In this document: positions 11,576 to 29,412 of the stretch, piece by piece
Position numbering within the stretch: position 1 is the stretch's first letter
Layout: the number at the start of each line of letters is the position of its first letter
NCBI GenBank assembly: GCA_951406725.2
Contig: OX597817.1
Coordinates: 27,962,001-28,026,000, forward strand
Length of the DNA: 64,000 nt
Direction of reading: 5' to 3'
DNA from: Octopus vulgaris
Lineage: Eukaryota
Program-made: the position numbers and the translations under genes
The notes under the pieces: model-generated
The model's database searches: none
What the model was told of the DNA's origin: nothing
What the model saw: the letters and a program-made list of their open reading frames with translations, nothing else

Positions 11576-12923
11576 ATATACGTATATATATATATATATA
11601 TATATATAAGAAAGTTGGTTATATATATACATATATATATACACTACATATATATACATATATAAATACAATGAATGGATGGATGGATGTAGAAATCGAA
11701 ATGCTAAGCCGTAGGCAATTCATAAATACATCAAGTCATCAAATCATATTAGAATTCGCAATGCCAAAGAAATAAGTAGCTTTCAGCAATAACAAGGCTT
11801 GGAAAATAGTCGAAATAATAAAACTCAATTAAAGCTAAACAAAAACAAAAAAAAAGAGGAAAAATTAAATCTTCTCAAACAATATCTACTCATTGAATTA
11901 AATTCTAAAGATAATTGCAAACAAATGGAGAGAAATATTTTTTTTATTTGAAAAATACGAACTGGAAATTTTCGGAAGACAGAGAATCAGAGTAAGTTTA
12001 AAATATTTATAAATGAAGAATATCTTTGTAAGATCTACATTTTAACTGCTTTGTAGTTTCAGAAAGTAATCTTTGTAATTCAGACTCCATGTTTTGAAAG
12101 TTAAAACGGAATCTTTATCTAATGAGGAAAATTAATGTTGAATACAATTCTGATCAAACTCTAAAAGATCTCTGAGTCTGGCGGCCCTTCTATAGCATTT
12201 ATTGTTATCTACTAAGAAAATATTTCTAACGTTTCTATAAAACAATTTCGGGTGTATAATAAATTCATTATTAATAATTTCATATTCTTTATGATCTATT
12301 AAATAACGTTACTTTATACTATAAATAGTTTAGAAATGCGACTTAGATTAATCATCTGTAAAGCTCGGTCACCCGACGGAATACTTCTCTTCCATATTTT
12401 ATGATTCAGCTATTGTCGTGTCTGAACAAACCAACTTTACCCAATTTAATTTTGTTTCAATAAATATTCCGTGTCCATTTCTTTATTAAACTATCGGAAA
12501 TATGTAGGTGTTATTGTTGTGTTGCTCTTATTGATGTTGTTGTTGCTGTTGCTGCTACTTTATTTCTGCTGTTGTTCTTGTTCACCTTGGTCTATAGCGA
12601 AAGTGTGTCCTTCAATGACAATGTGATACCGTTTACGAGCACAATTCATGTACGATTACGTTGCGCTATGTATCTTCTCCATTTCGAAATGGCTGGGTGT
12701 TATTTGAGAAAAGGACGGCTGTTATTCTAATAGGGCGAAGGAAAGCATAAAGTCAATCAAAACAAGGTTACCTTCGTTTTTTGTTTGTTTGTTTGTTGTT
12801 GTTTTTTTATATTTTTACTTAGAACTACATTCAAGCAGTATCTCTTTGGATATATTCATGATTCCATTCGCTGTATTACTCGATCGTGACCAGAAAGGAA
12901 ATAGTATTAGGTAGGAATTATAA

Positions 12924-13560
12924 GGCGACGATCTGGCGGACACGTTAGCACACCGGGCAAAATACTTAGTAGTATTTCGTCAGTCTTTATGTTCTGAGTT
13001 CAAATTCCGCCGAGGTCGACATTACTTTTTATCATTTCGGAGTCGATAAATTAAGTATCAGTTGCATACAGGGATCGATCTAATCGACTAGCCCAAAATT
13101 TCGGGCCTTGTGCCTAGAGTAAAAAAGAATATTAGGTAGGGATTATAAAACGGTGAGCTTGCAGAAACGTTAGCACGTCGGGTGAAATGCGTGGCCGTAT
13201 TTCGTCTGCCATTACGTTCCGAGTTCAAATTCCGCCGAGGTCGACTTTGCCTTTTATCCTTTCGGGGTCGATAAATTAAGTACCAGTTTCGCACTGGAGT
13301 CGATGTAATCGACTTAATCCGTTTGTCTGTCCTTGTTTGTCCTATCTGTGTTTATCCCCTTGTGGGTAGTAAAGAAATAAGTATTACGTCTGCCGTTACG
13401 TTCTGAGTTCAAATTCCGCCGAGGTAAACTTCGCCTTTCATCCTTTCGGGGTCGATTAAATAAGTACCAGTTACGCACTGGGGTCGATGTAATCGACTTA
13501 ACTTTGTCTGTACTTGTTTGCCCTTTCTATGTTTAGCGCCTTGTGGGCAATAAAGAAATA
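12924..13560 (+). mobile_element. Cluster of three head-to-tail SINE group B units
   Basis: Units at ~12924-13129 (variant tail; TSD TATTAGGTAGGRATTATAA at 12905-12923 and 13130-13148), ~13149-13380 and ~13381-13560 (headless). Confidence 0.88.
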
Positions 13561-13877
13561 TATAATAGATTTGCAAGTGCGCTACTTCGTGACATATCGT
13601 GTGTATTTCAAATCCATAGCCCAACCCTCTCCAGGTCTGAAGACAGTCGATTTCTTTCAGAGAGAAAGAAATTGTGAGAAATTGAAAAAAAAATCAGCTC
13701 CAGTATTCGACTGAAATTTTAGTTATCGACCGCACAGTAATGGAAGGCAAGGTTAACATCAGCAGAAAAGCAGAAGTTGAAGTAAGGCACTACTAAATCT
13801 AGAATGAATGCCGCAAGTCATTTTACCTTCCTTAGCATTCTGACAACACTGCGAAATTGCTGTTTTTGTATATATGT

Positions 13878-14190
13878 GTTGAGGCGCAATGGCCCAGTGG
13901 TTAGGGCAGCGAACTCGCGGTCGGAGGATCGCGGTTTCGATTCCCTGACTGGGCGTTGTGCGTGTTTATTGAGCGAAAACACCTCACGCTCCACGACGCT
14001 CCGACAGGGGGTGGAGGCGACCCCTGTTGTACTCTTTCGGCCCAACTTTCTCTCACTCTTTCTTCCTGTTTCTTGAGTAACCCTGCGATGGACTGGCGTC
14101 CCGTCCAGCTGGGGAGAACACATACGCCACAGAAACCAGGAAACCAGGCTCATGAGTCTGGCTAGGATTGAAAAGGGCGCATAAATAAAA
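13878..14190 (+). mobile_element. SINE group C (tRNA-derived head), tail type 1
   Basis: GAGGCGCAATGGCCCAGTGGTTAGGGCAGCG (A box) and GGTTTCGATTCCC (B box). Tail GCGATGGACTGGCGTCCCGTCCAG...GCATAAATAAAA. Confidence 0.88.
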
Positions 14191-14911
14191 TTTTAAAACA
14201 TGAATGTATGTATGTATGTATGTATGTATGTATGTATAAATGTTTCTATTTCTCTTTCTACTGTTTCTTCCCTTTATAGAATTCAAACTGCTCACTAACA
14301 AAATATTCGGTTCGTTTCTGAAGGACATGACACTCCTTGGGTTTCGCGAATATGTGAATTATTTAATACGTGCATACATTCAGGTGTGTGCGTACATAAA
14401 CTTGCACTCATGTAGCATGTGTGCATTCACTTAAGTACATAGTTATATCTACTTCATTATTGCTTCTCTGTTTGTATGTATGTATACAGAAGCATATACA
14501 AGCATATATTCATTAGAGAAACCTCAAATGGAGAATATCTACAATGCCTAAGAAATTTTTGCAGTACCACAAATCGATTGTATTTGGAAGATGCGAATAA
14601 GTTTACTTTATGCGTTCTTGAAGAAGCCAGGCATCTTAAGCCTTTATGCAAATCTGTCGCTACATATCCCAGTGCTTTTATGATAAAACGTACAAATGGA
14701 GATCATCCCCTAGGAGAAACACTGAACAGGATTTTAATTGAAATTAGACTGTATATATATAGAATTATGCCAGAGCTAAACTTTCGGTGTGGAAATTTAT
14801 ATAAAGCTGTCCTTAATAGCAATAAAATTCAAAGGCTATTGATCAATTGAAGACCGAGTTAAGATAATAAATAATTTGACTTATGGCTTTATGTGCTTTC
14901 TTGTCAATGAC

Positions 14912-14992
<81 letters not shown>

Positions 14993-15098
14993 GATATGTA
15001 TGCATATATATACATATATATCTATATACACATATATACATATATACATGCATTCATGTGTGTGTATGTATGTATGTAAATATATATTTATATATATA

Positions 15099-15467
15099 GA
15101 CGCAGGAGTAGCTGTGTGGTAAGTAGCTTCCTTACCAACCACATGGTTCCGTGTTCAGTTCTACTGCGTGGCAAGTTGGGCAAGTGTCTTCTGCTATAGC
15201 CTCGGACCGACCAAAATCTTGTGAGTGGATTTGGTTGACGGAAACTGAAAGAAGTCCGTTTTGTGTATATATACATGTTTTTGTCGATGTTTCCCGCAAT
15301 CCCTTGGCAACCAATTTTGGTGTGTTTACGTCCCCGTAACGTAGCGGTTCGGCAAAAGGACCTGATAGAATAAGTATTAGGCTTACAAAAGCATAAGTTC
15401 TGGAGTCGATTTGTTCGACTAAAGGCGGTGTTCCAGCAGTGAAATGACTGAAACAAATAATAGAATA
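15099..15467 (+). mobile_element. SINE group A
   Basis: Same head and tail as 32555-32966. Confidence 0.88.
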
Positions 15468-18400
15468 TAAGGTAAGTTAGTAAAATCGTTAGCACCCCTG
15501 TAAAATTGCTTCGTAGCATTTCGTCCGTCTTTATGTTCTGTGATCGATTCTACGTTCTGACGTCGACCGTGCTTTAAATGATTTCGTTATCAATGTATTA
15601 AGTACCAGTTGAGCACTGTGGTCGATACAATTGACTAAATCCTAACCCCGAAATTGCTGGCCTTGTGTCAAAAATTTGAAACCAATACATGTTTGTGGAG
15701 CTGGTGTTTGTGTGTGTGTGTGTTTGTGTGTGTGTATGTGTATGGGTGTCTTGAAAGAGAGAGAGAGAGACGTATACATGAAACGCTCCCGAATGTTGTA
15801 ATTTTGTTTAATATTAATTTTCTCCTGTGAATATTTCCCTTCAATTCTCATTTCTTCTCGGCCTTCTTTATTGCCATGAATGTATTTACCAACTATATCA
15901 ACTGTGTTCTGCTTATATTTTAAATCATAAGCTTTGCTAACGCTGGCGTGCAAGGCAAAGCGGATATAAAATCAGATCCGTTTTAAAGTAGGGTGTGATT
16001 GAAAGGTTATTGGGTGGATCAAAAGTTTATTATTGACTCGTTTAGGCTTAAAAGCGTTGTATTACACGCTAAAGCATTCGAGATATTAAAACAAAAGAAA
16101 TCTACAAAAACGCCATTGCTATGTTAATAAAGTACTACGCATTAGTATGATTTCTTTCGATCGATTCTATTGTCAGGGGTCAAAACAAACAAATCGATAG
16201 AAGAACCTTAGTAAGCAGGCGATTTAAAGTTACTTGAAAGGCTGGAAGGGTTAGAAATAAATACATCAGTCATTTCCACTTGGTAACAAACCTTTTGGCT
16301 TAGACACAAGTTGCTCTCATTTCAAATGATCGATTTTCGTAAATATTGTTCGCTTACGTCTCTTGAGCCGTTCAAATTCCGACCCTGTCATTTTATATCG
16401 TGTATCAAATTTCAGACATGTCTTGGTTAATCCTTTTTCTCACTCTTATTATGCCCCCAGCTTACAATATGAAAGCGCAGAGTCTCACACATGAATACTT
16501 CATGTGCACAGACTTGTGTGCAGTCGTGCGTGCGTATATCAATGGCTGAATCATCTTTTGCGTTAACTCTTTAAAGCCTAAGTGGCCGGTTTCCAACACT
16601 TTTAAGACTCTGCTAATAATCAAGGACGATTTTTTCCGCGATTTGTGTTCTTTGAAATAACTCATTAGATATATATCACAAGGCCATAAACAGGCTAGAA
16701 AAAGAGAACATAGATGCAATTGATCTGGCTGCATCTTTCATAGCAACATTTAGCTACCCAATTTAAAACACTTATATGGGCCAGTGGGAATATTATTAGA
16801 GTTACAAAAACAAATGAAACGATGCCGTAGGTTGGTTTGTTTTAATATATACGTATTAATCGTGCTATTAAACACAAAATATGAAAAGATGGCATTATTA
16901 TTTGATCTGAATACCAAAAAAAAAACATAAAACCTTTTAACGAAACAAATTTCAAAATTATTTCATTTTTCAGTAATAAGTCGTGCTCCACCATGGCCGC
17001 AATCAGTAACCGAAACAAGTATAAAGAATACAAAAGATGAAAATAAAACATTATAGCAGTTTTTTTTTCAACTTACTCTCATGTCTATCGACAGTAGGTA
17101 AAAGCCTATCTTTTAATTTTGTAGATGCGACAGTCTTGTAGAAAAGCTTTTCAAAATATTACTAAAACTGATATCTAAGCTGTAGTTGTTACTGTGGCTT
17201 AACCATACGTCAGCCATGCTTGACTAAACCTATGATTAAGGCTTCTTATCCGTGATAACACTATCTTTTATTTTTTTAAGTTGGAGTAATACGTACTTTG
17301 ACTATAGTTCAGTGTATCTTTTAATTTAAAAGTAGTATAGTTGATTCGTTGCGCTATTTCTTTCTGGTCGAGTGACCATGTTAAGGCTCCCACGTATATT
17401 ACTGGTTGGTACAAATTTCACCGACGCGAAATAGATGAAGAGTAAATCAAACATATTGAGATCCGAAATAACACAGCGATACATAGCTTAGAAATAGATA
17501 GTGTTCTATTTGGTTTCTGAGGAGGGAAAATTACTTATAATTTGTTGGTATCATAATATCTTGATATTTTAGGAGAAAGAAAATAGTGTTGCTTGGTAAG
17601 TTTAATTTCAATGCTATGAATCGCCTGAGTCTTCTGAATTGTACTAAAGGCATTGCTTTGCTTAACCTTTCATTCACTAATGCAAGCCCTAACACAATGT
17701 ATTTTTCAAAGACGACATTAAGACCTAAAACATATCGTTCGAAATAAAAAATAAAAAAAACTGAACAGAATTCGGAAGAAATATTGCAATCACAACTGTG
17801 ACCACCTTATACTAAGAATATATTGTGAATATTATTTAATTTCAGCAGCAGTAGCGTGTATGTGTGTGCGCGCGCGTGTGTGTACACGCTTTGGTCCGCC
17901 GAAACTATAGCAGAAAACACTTGCCCAAGGTATCACGCAGTGGAACTGTACTCGGAACCATATGGTTGGGAAGCAAGCTTCTTACTACGCAGCCATGCTG
18001 TATATACATATACATAAGAAATAAATATAGGAAAAGAATTTATGGATGTAATGTGAGCATGTTCATAGACTTTTCACTGCTGTAAATAGCTGACGTAAGT
18101 TCCTTCCTACTGAATACGCTTTTGCTCGTAGACCTTACTGAACTAGACAATTACCTGTAAATATGTTACGGACAATTTTCAACTCGAGTAAAATCAAACC
18201 TGTTGCAATTCATTGCTGTACAACTGCAGATTTTATTGATGATATTTATGATTCTAGAAAAGTGCTGCAGCATATAAATCGATATCTAATCACTAAAATC
18301 AAAGTCTTTAAGCATATTGTCAAATGTATTAACCTCACAGGCATAATATCTATAATCAGTTACTATAAAATAGAAAAACAAACATAGCAATACATACATA

Positions 18401-18961
18401 CATGTGTGTGTAATATATATATATATGTAAGTATGGATATATGTCTACATGTATGTACAACTATATGTGCGTGCGAGAGAAAATGTAGAATAAAGTATGT
18501 GTGTACATATATGTTTGTATGTGTGTATTTACATGTGTGTCTGTGTGTGTAAAACAAAAAACGTCTTAAATTATTCAGTTCCGTCATCTTATGCGTAATT
18601 CATTAATGATATAAAAATAACCTTATGTGTAGAGTACATTATCAAATTATATAATATTAAGTAGTACTTTACAACAGCATTTAAGATTGATACTGGGCTC
18701 CTGATGGCTCCATGATACCGATGACTTGTGTTAAACTGCCTCCCAAAATTTTCTTAGAAACCCGCTGGAAGAGAGTAGTTGAGAGAGTACGTATCCATTT
18801 TTTCACTGAAAATAGGTAGTGACATATTTCGATAACGTAACCATCACTTAATTACATTTCATATTGCCAGACACTCTTGCCTTCACTCACGTACATAAAA
18901 TTATTTCAATATATGTATGTGTGTATGTATGCATGTATAGATACATACAGTTATATGGCGG

Positions 18962-18985
<24 letters not shown>

Positions 18986-18992
<7 letters not shown>

Positions 18993-19264
18993 ATCACGTG
19001 ACCGACCAGACCATCAGATGTAGTTACACATCGCTGGTCACAATGCGTTCGCATTGTTTTAGCCTTCGAATGACGCCACCCCGCTGGCTAAGCGAGCAGG
19101 CAGACAGAAGAAAGAGTACAGCAGGGATCACCACCCCCTGCCTCGTGGAGCTTTTTTAGGTGTTTTCGCTCAATAAACACTCACAACGCCCGGTCTGGGA
19201 ATCGAAACCGCGATCTTGCAACCGCGAGTCCGCTGCCCTAACCACTAGGCCATTGCGCCTCCAC
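18986..19264 (-). mobile_element. SINE group C, tail type 2
   Basis: Minus-strand head GTGGAGGCGCAATGGCCTAGTGGTTAGGGCAGCGGACTCGCGG. Tail ends GTCTGGTCGGTCACGTGATCACGTGA. Flanked by (TA)n on both sides. Confidence 0.88.
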
Positions 19265-19276
19265 ACACACACACAC

Positions 19277-19427
<151 letters not shown>

Positions 19428-19639
19428 CACACACACACGCATAAATTTCGACACCACAATCTCTCATAACTCAATCGATTCTCTCATTACTCAATCGATT
19501 CTCTGATGCAATCCTTTAATGTAAACACAAATTTTATTCATAATTTGCTTATTATGTAGAGTATGTATTAATCCCCAATTGCGATGCAACCTTAAATTAA
19601 AACTTATCTCTTCTACTTATACTTACTTTCTATATATAT

Positions 19640-19677
<38 letters not shown>

Positions 19678-19782
19678 GTGTTCGACTAAAACTTTGCTAC
19701 AGCGTGGCCGCAGTCAAATGACTGAAACAAGTAAAAGAATAAAAGAATATTTAGAAAAAGGAGTTTGAGTAATTCTTCCTTA

Positions 19783-21833
<2,051 letters not shown>

Positions 21834-21909
21834 TAAAACATACTGATCCAAAATGCTGACTACCATCTTTTTCTCAATATACAATATCTGTACACCATTT
21901 CAAACACCA

Positions 21910-21957
<48 letters not shown>

Positions 21958-22176
21958 ACTCTCGATATATATATATATACATATATATATGGCAATAAGA
22001 AAATGGAGGGGATCAAGAGGTGGTAGTTATCAATTTTTAGACATAATATTATACCAGTTCACTCATTTTTTAAAATTATAATAATATACATACGTGTATA
22101 ACAGATTATGCTTTACATATATGAAAATACCAGTAATTATTAAAATATATAACGTAGAATATAGAAAGGAGAACAG

Positions 22177-22301
22177 TTTCTTACAGCTGTTTCAGCCAAG
22201 AAGTCACAGTACCTCCACTTTACTTCTATCCCTTCAGTGAACTGAAGTATTAGGTAGATAAAATTAAGGTACTTAGGTATAGCTCTGGGCTTCGTCAGAA
22301 A
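22177..22301 (-). ncRNA. Type I hammerhead ribozyme motif with a ~98-nt stem II region
   Basis: Minus strand: TTT-CTGACGA-AGCCCAGAG...CTTCTTGGCT-GAAA-CAGCTG-TA-AGAAA. Palindromic stem III, GUA triplet. Stem I is short. Confidence 0.7.
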
Positions 22302-22619
22302 GTTCATAATGTTAAGTAATAAATATAAATACATACATATATACACACTTTTGCATATACATATATATACATAAATATACATAAATATACATCAATACGT
22401 ATCCATATATTCATATATATATATGTATATGCATACAATGGAATGAATTATTATTATTATTAGGTGTATTATATTATTCTTATTAGATAAAGTATAAAGA
22501 GAGAAAAGAGAAAATTATCAAAAGAGAACTAGTAATGGAATTTCAATAATCAATCTAGCTTAAGGGTATTGTAGTTTTCTAGGAATGAAAATGTATATAA
22601 ATGAGAATACACATACGTG

Positions 22620-22643
22620 TATGTGTGTGTGTGTGTGTGTGTG

Positions 22644-22735
<92 letters not shown>

Positions 22736-22761
22736 GTATATATATATATGTATGTATGTAT

Positions 22762-22824
<63 letters not shown>

Positions 22825-22845
22825 TCTATGTATGTACGTATATAT
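22620..22845. repeat. Compound (TG)n/(TA)n/(TATG)n microsatellite
   Basis: Direct reading. Confidence 0.95.
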
Positions 22846-23432
22846 TTCCGTACAAACATACCCATAGGCACATACATATTTCATGTGTCGTGAAGGGAAG
22901 ATTAGTGTATAATAGTTCTTATTTTTCTTTTCTTATAATTATAATTATAATTATACACAAACGTATATATATATATATATATATAAACATACGATATGTT
23001 TTCTATTGAGGGCTTGAGATAAAGGTCCACAATAAGTGGCTTAGAGTTTATATTAATACTTGTGATATCAGTCGGTACTAAAAGTAATAAATTCCCGAGT
23101 CTTAATCAAGATACTTTATTATTCTCCGTTACTTTTTGTTTATTGAGTTGCTGAAACCCTGCGGTACGTGGGCAGAGGGTTGTGGTTAGTCCCGTAATCT
23201 AATTGGTCATCTATTGTTTTGAAAGGCCATGACTTTGTTATGGTTGGTTAATGGATGACCGATAATAAAAACGAATAATCCAAGGTTAACTATTATTAGG
23301 TAGGATAGTAACAACCAATAAAGAAATTAATATAGGGACTTAACTCTATTATATTATATTTTATTAAATTATGTTAATTTACGAAATATATAAGTAAAAT
23401 GTAGATGGATTTATACACACACACACACACAC

Positions 23433-23483
<51 letters not shown>

Positions 23484-23732
23484 TATTTTAGGTTAAAGTG
23501 ATATTACTAAAGGGGTGTGATTTTAATAGACTGCATATGAAAGATAAGGTTTTACAAAGGTTTTTTTTTTTTAAACCCTATATAATAACATGTATTTGTG
23601 TAATTATGGGAATCATTTGTATATTTACTAAACCATATGGGTAATACAGGCATAAAAGTATATGTTGGAAGTTATTCGGACCCACTTCAAATAAGAAACA
23701 ACAGACCAAAAGTGACCGTAGAAGTTGTTTCC

Positions 23733-24000
23733 CTAAGTTGTTATTTATCGCTAAAATTATGTTTGAAATATATTCTCCTATAAAATACATTAATTGCAAT
23801 GCTCCATGCAACAGTGTTTAGTTAATTAATGAAGCGACTCAATATATATACTCATATACTCTCTTTTGTATATACCTGCATGTTACTAAATTGTTATTTA
23901 TCGCTAAAATTATGTTTAAAATCTATTTTATCTGACAAAATGCCTCAAATGCAAGGCTCTATGTAATAGTGTTGAGACACTTAATTAATGAACCAATCAG
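23733..24000. repeat. Diverged tandem duplication (~150 bp period)
   Basis: TTGTTATTTATCGCTAAAATTATGTTT...TGCAA.GCTC.ATG.AA.AGTGTT...TTAATTAATGAA occurs twice. Confidence 0.8.
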
Positions 24001-24524
24001 ACATTCAGCCCTTTAAAATATTTATCCGTCTATTTATTCAATTGATTCCTTTTAATGTTATATTTAAGCGGTGTTGAGGATGTGGTGCGCTTAAGTTATA
24101 AGTAGAATGAAGGGAGATAACTCTGGGTTATTAAGATCTAGAATTAGAATAATGATAATATACTCAAATATTTACGTCCAATATTCAATCAATCAATCAA
24201 TTTATTCATTTATTAGTTCTGTAATGGGGTTGCATATCAATGCCTGTATCTATATACATATATATATGTATATACAATATATATATACAACCATATATAT
24301 ATATATATACACGCCCCATATATATATATATACACCCACACATAAATATATACATACTAGCTTATATAAAACCATGATTAAGTCCAAAGGGTAGATAATG
24401 CTATTAATTTATATACTGGTGGGGTGTAATATAATGTAAATTATAAGCTAGTCAATGTTTATTTCTTAAAGGTACCAACAAAAAACGCAAACGCACATAC
24501 CCAAACCTACATATATGTGTGTGC

Positions 24525-24555
<31 letters not shown>

Positions 24556-24789
24556 CAAGTGCGTGCACATAGATTCACATATACACACATACCCATATAT
24601 ATTTATATAAATTGTAGCAACAATAGTTGTATTTAGTCATATATACATATATACATGCATACATGCATATAATTATAGCTAACTTAATATATTCCCTCTT
24701 TCATATACCTGCATAATTTTCATACATTATATAATACAGTATAACATCAATAATAACTCAAATAATAATTATTATTATGTCGGTAGGGT

Positions 24790-25333
24790 TTTCGTAATAC
24801 TAGGTGCTAGTGGTATTTGGAAAAGGTGTGCCCAGTTTTATGAAGACAGGAGGCGCTGAATTCCTTAAATATGTTAATAAACGGAATTTTAACCCCAATT
24901 ATTAAGAAAATTTCATTAATACATAACATACATTTTCTATTTCTAGTATTATACGCTGGTGCGTTTGCTAATATTTTCCAATTTAAATTAGTTAATTCTT
25001 CGAGCCTTAAGTTCCCATATATAGCTACTTAGCCTTGTAGAATTCCTCCTATTTTTTTTTAATGTATAGTTATGGTAATTAAGCCTCTGTTTCAAATTGT
25101 TTTTTGTCGCACCCACATATACCTTGCTGTCATATTGTGTACTTATTGATACACTACCTCCTTTCAAATACAGTTATTTTTAAATACACAATTACCACTT
25201 ATTCTACAATCACATGTTCTGTGTGGCTTCGTGGGGTTTATGCTATTGGGGCTGACAGGTATTATATTATTAGTCCTGTGGCTGTTGTTGATCCCAATAA
25301 TGTTGTTATTGTTTATACTATTATGATCATTAA

Positions 25334-25336
<3 letters not shown>
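24790..25336 (-). pseudogene. Penelope-like element GIY-YIG endonuclease region (decayed)
   Basis: Minus-strand frames give CDCRISGNCVFKNNC...VVYQ...VGATKNNLKQRLNYH...NSTRLSSYIWELK...NWKILANAPAYNTRNRKCMLCINE...SCLHK, the C-terminal endonuclease architecture of PLEs. Confidence 0.85.
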
Positions 25337-25403
<67 letters not shown>

Positions 25404-25404
<1 letters not shown>

Positions 25405-25778
25405 TATATTTGACTTTTGCTTTATGCTTGCACAAGTTGGCTCCAAGTCTCACCCAGAGACCCCAAGAGACAACAGGTTGGAAGTTCACGTTGTTGTTAT
25501 GCCTAGTGTGCCATATATTTGGGGGGGGGTTGGTGTTGTACTAGTGAATGTCTAATAAATAAATTTATTTAAAATTTTTTTTTAAATTTAAAAATGTTTG
25601 TTTTAAACATTGAGATTACATAGAGAGTATTTTGCGTAGGATAAGAGCAGTTCCCATGAGCACTATCTTTTTAATTTCTGCCATTTTTTGGGTTTCCTGT
25701 TATCTGAGTTAGGTAGCAATCAGCCCCTTTCACTATCATTCCCAGGGCACCTATGACAACATGTATTGTTTTAGTCTT
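25404..25778 (-). mobile_element. R4/Dong-like RLE LINE family A, short 3' fragment between (TAA)n tracts
   Basis: Encodes TKTIHVVIGALGMIVKGADCYLTQITGNP...IVLMGTALILRKILSM* plus 3' UTR. Near-identical to 48929-49364. (ATT)n at 25337-25403 and 25779-25791. Confidence 0.88.
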
Positions 25779-25791
25779 ATTATTATTATTA

Positions 25792-27960
<2,169 letters not shown>

Positions 27961-29169
27961 GTATTACTTCTATTATTTTTTCTACTTAGATACAAGGTGT
28001 CCAGTTTTCTATTGTTAATTGAGGAGATGATGGTTGCTAGGTTATGTGTTATACTGTATCTTATTCTTATTGTTTTGTTATTGATTATCGCCCAATATTT
28101 GTGTTTTTCCATTTGTAAAATGTCTCTTAATTGAACTAAAAATTGTTTTTACTATTTTATTCTTGATTTGCGTAGCGAAAGGGCTCATTAGTCACAGTGT
28201 ATCTATTTCAGTATTTCCCTTATTAGGGTTACTTATTATGTGTAATGACTCTGTTATTATTCTTATTTTTATTTTTATATGTAATAATAGTATTTTTGTT
28301 ATAATTTTTACTATTATTACTAATGATTTTATTATTGTTATTATTATTGTTGTTGTTGTTGTTATGTCTATTATTATCTTTTATGGGTTGTCTTATCATA
28401 TTTTTATATTTCTTTTTTATTATTGTTATTTTTATATTTATTTATATTTTATATTTATCTTTGGTAGTATTATATTTGTCTAAATTTTGTGGGTTGGAGG
28501 TAGTTACTCTATCCTGGATACTATAGTTAATATTATTAGGGAGGTATTTAATTTTACCTTTATATCCTGCATTTTTAGGGCTATATTGTATTTTTCCTTA
28601 TGTTTATTAAATATGTCTTCATTAGAGGATAGGTTTGAAATTCTTTTACTTATATTTGGTAGTAGGGCTTTTTCTATTTGCGGGAGATGGTTACTAGAAT
28701 TGTTTATATATCTTAATGTAGGAGTTTTCTTTCATATAAGGCTCATGGAGTCCGGTATTTAAGTTACAATTTGCATCTAAATAGTTCATAGAATAGTTTT
28801 CGTTTTCTATGATTACGGATACGCCAAACTTATTAAAGGATTTATGTAATCGCTTTTAAAGCATTTCAAAGCGTCTATTTGAAAGGTTCTTAACTAAGAA
28901 TAGTGCATCATACCTATATAGACCTCCGGTTAATTCAGGGAATTCTCTATATTATCAAAGATATATAGACCTACCAGGTCTGTCGCTTCTGCTGAGTCTG
29001 GCGATCCCATTGTAATATCAAAGAGGTCTGGTGTATCTTTAATCGGCCATAATTTATCAAATATCGATAATAGACTTACGGGCAGTAAGTATCAATTTTA
29101 TCTCCCTCACACTTGGATTGGGGTATCTCTTTGGAAAAATTAGAGTGCGATTAAGGACAATAGAGTTTA

Positions 29170-29170
<1 letters not shown>
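27961..29170 (-). pseudogene. Penelope-like element RT, thumb and linker (decayed)
   Basis: Frameshifted motifs EIKLILTARKSI, DLFDITMGSPDSAEATDLVGLY, GGLYRYDAL (YRDD-type motif, mutated), NYLDANCNLNTG, YINNSSNH, KRISNLSSNEDIFN, SPFATQIKNKI, NNKTIRIRYSITHNLATIISSINNRKL. Confidence 0.88.
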
Positions 29171-29259
<89 letters not shown>

Positions 29260-29296
29260 GATAAATAGATAGATAGATAGATAGATAGATAGACAA

Positions 29297-29385
<89 letters not shown>

Positions 29386-29412
29386 ATGATTGATTGATTG
29401 ATTGATTGATTG
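29170..29412. repeat. Compound (TA)n/(TG)n/(GATA)n/(GATT)n microsatellite
   Basis: Direct reading. Confidence 0.95.

Noticed and set aside
12905-13560. Repeated units resembling a CRISPR array
   Set aside because: The units are ~200-bp SINE copies without unique spacers, there are no cas genes, and the context is eukaryotic.
13878-13955. tRNA-like sequence with A and B boxes
   Set aside because: There is no proper acceptor stem or Pol III terminator, and it continues into a SINE body. It is a SINE head, not a tRNA gene.
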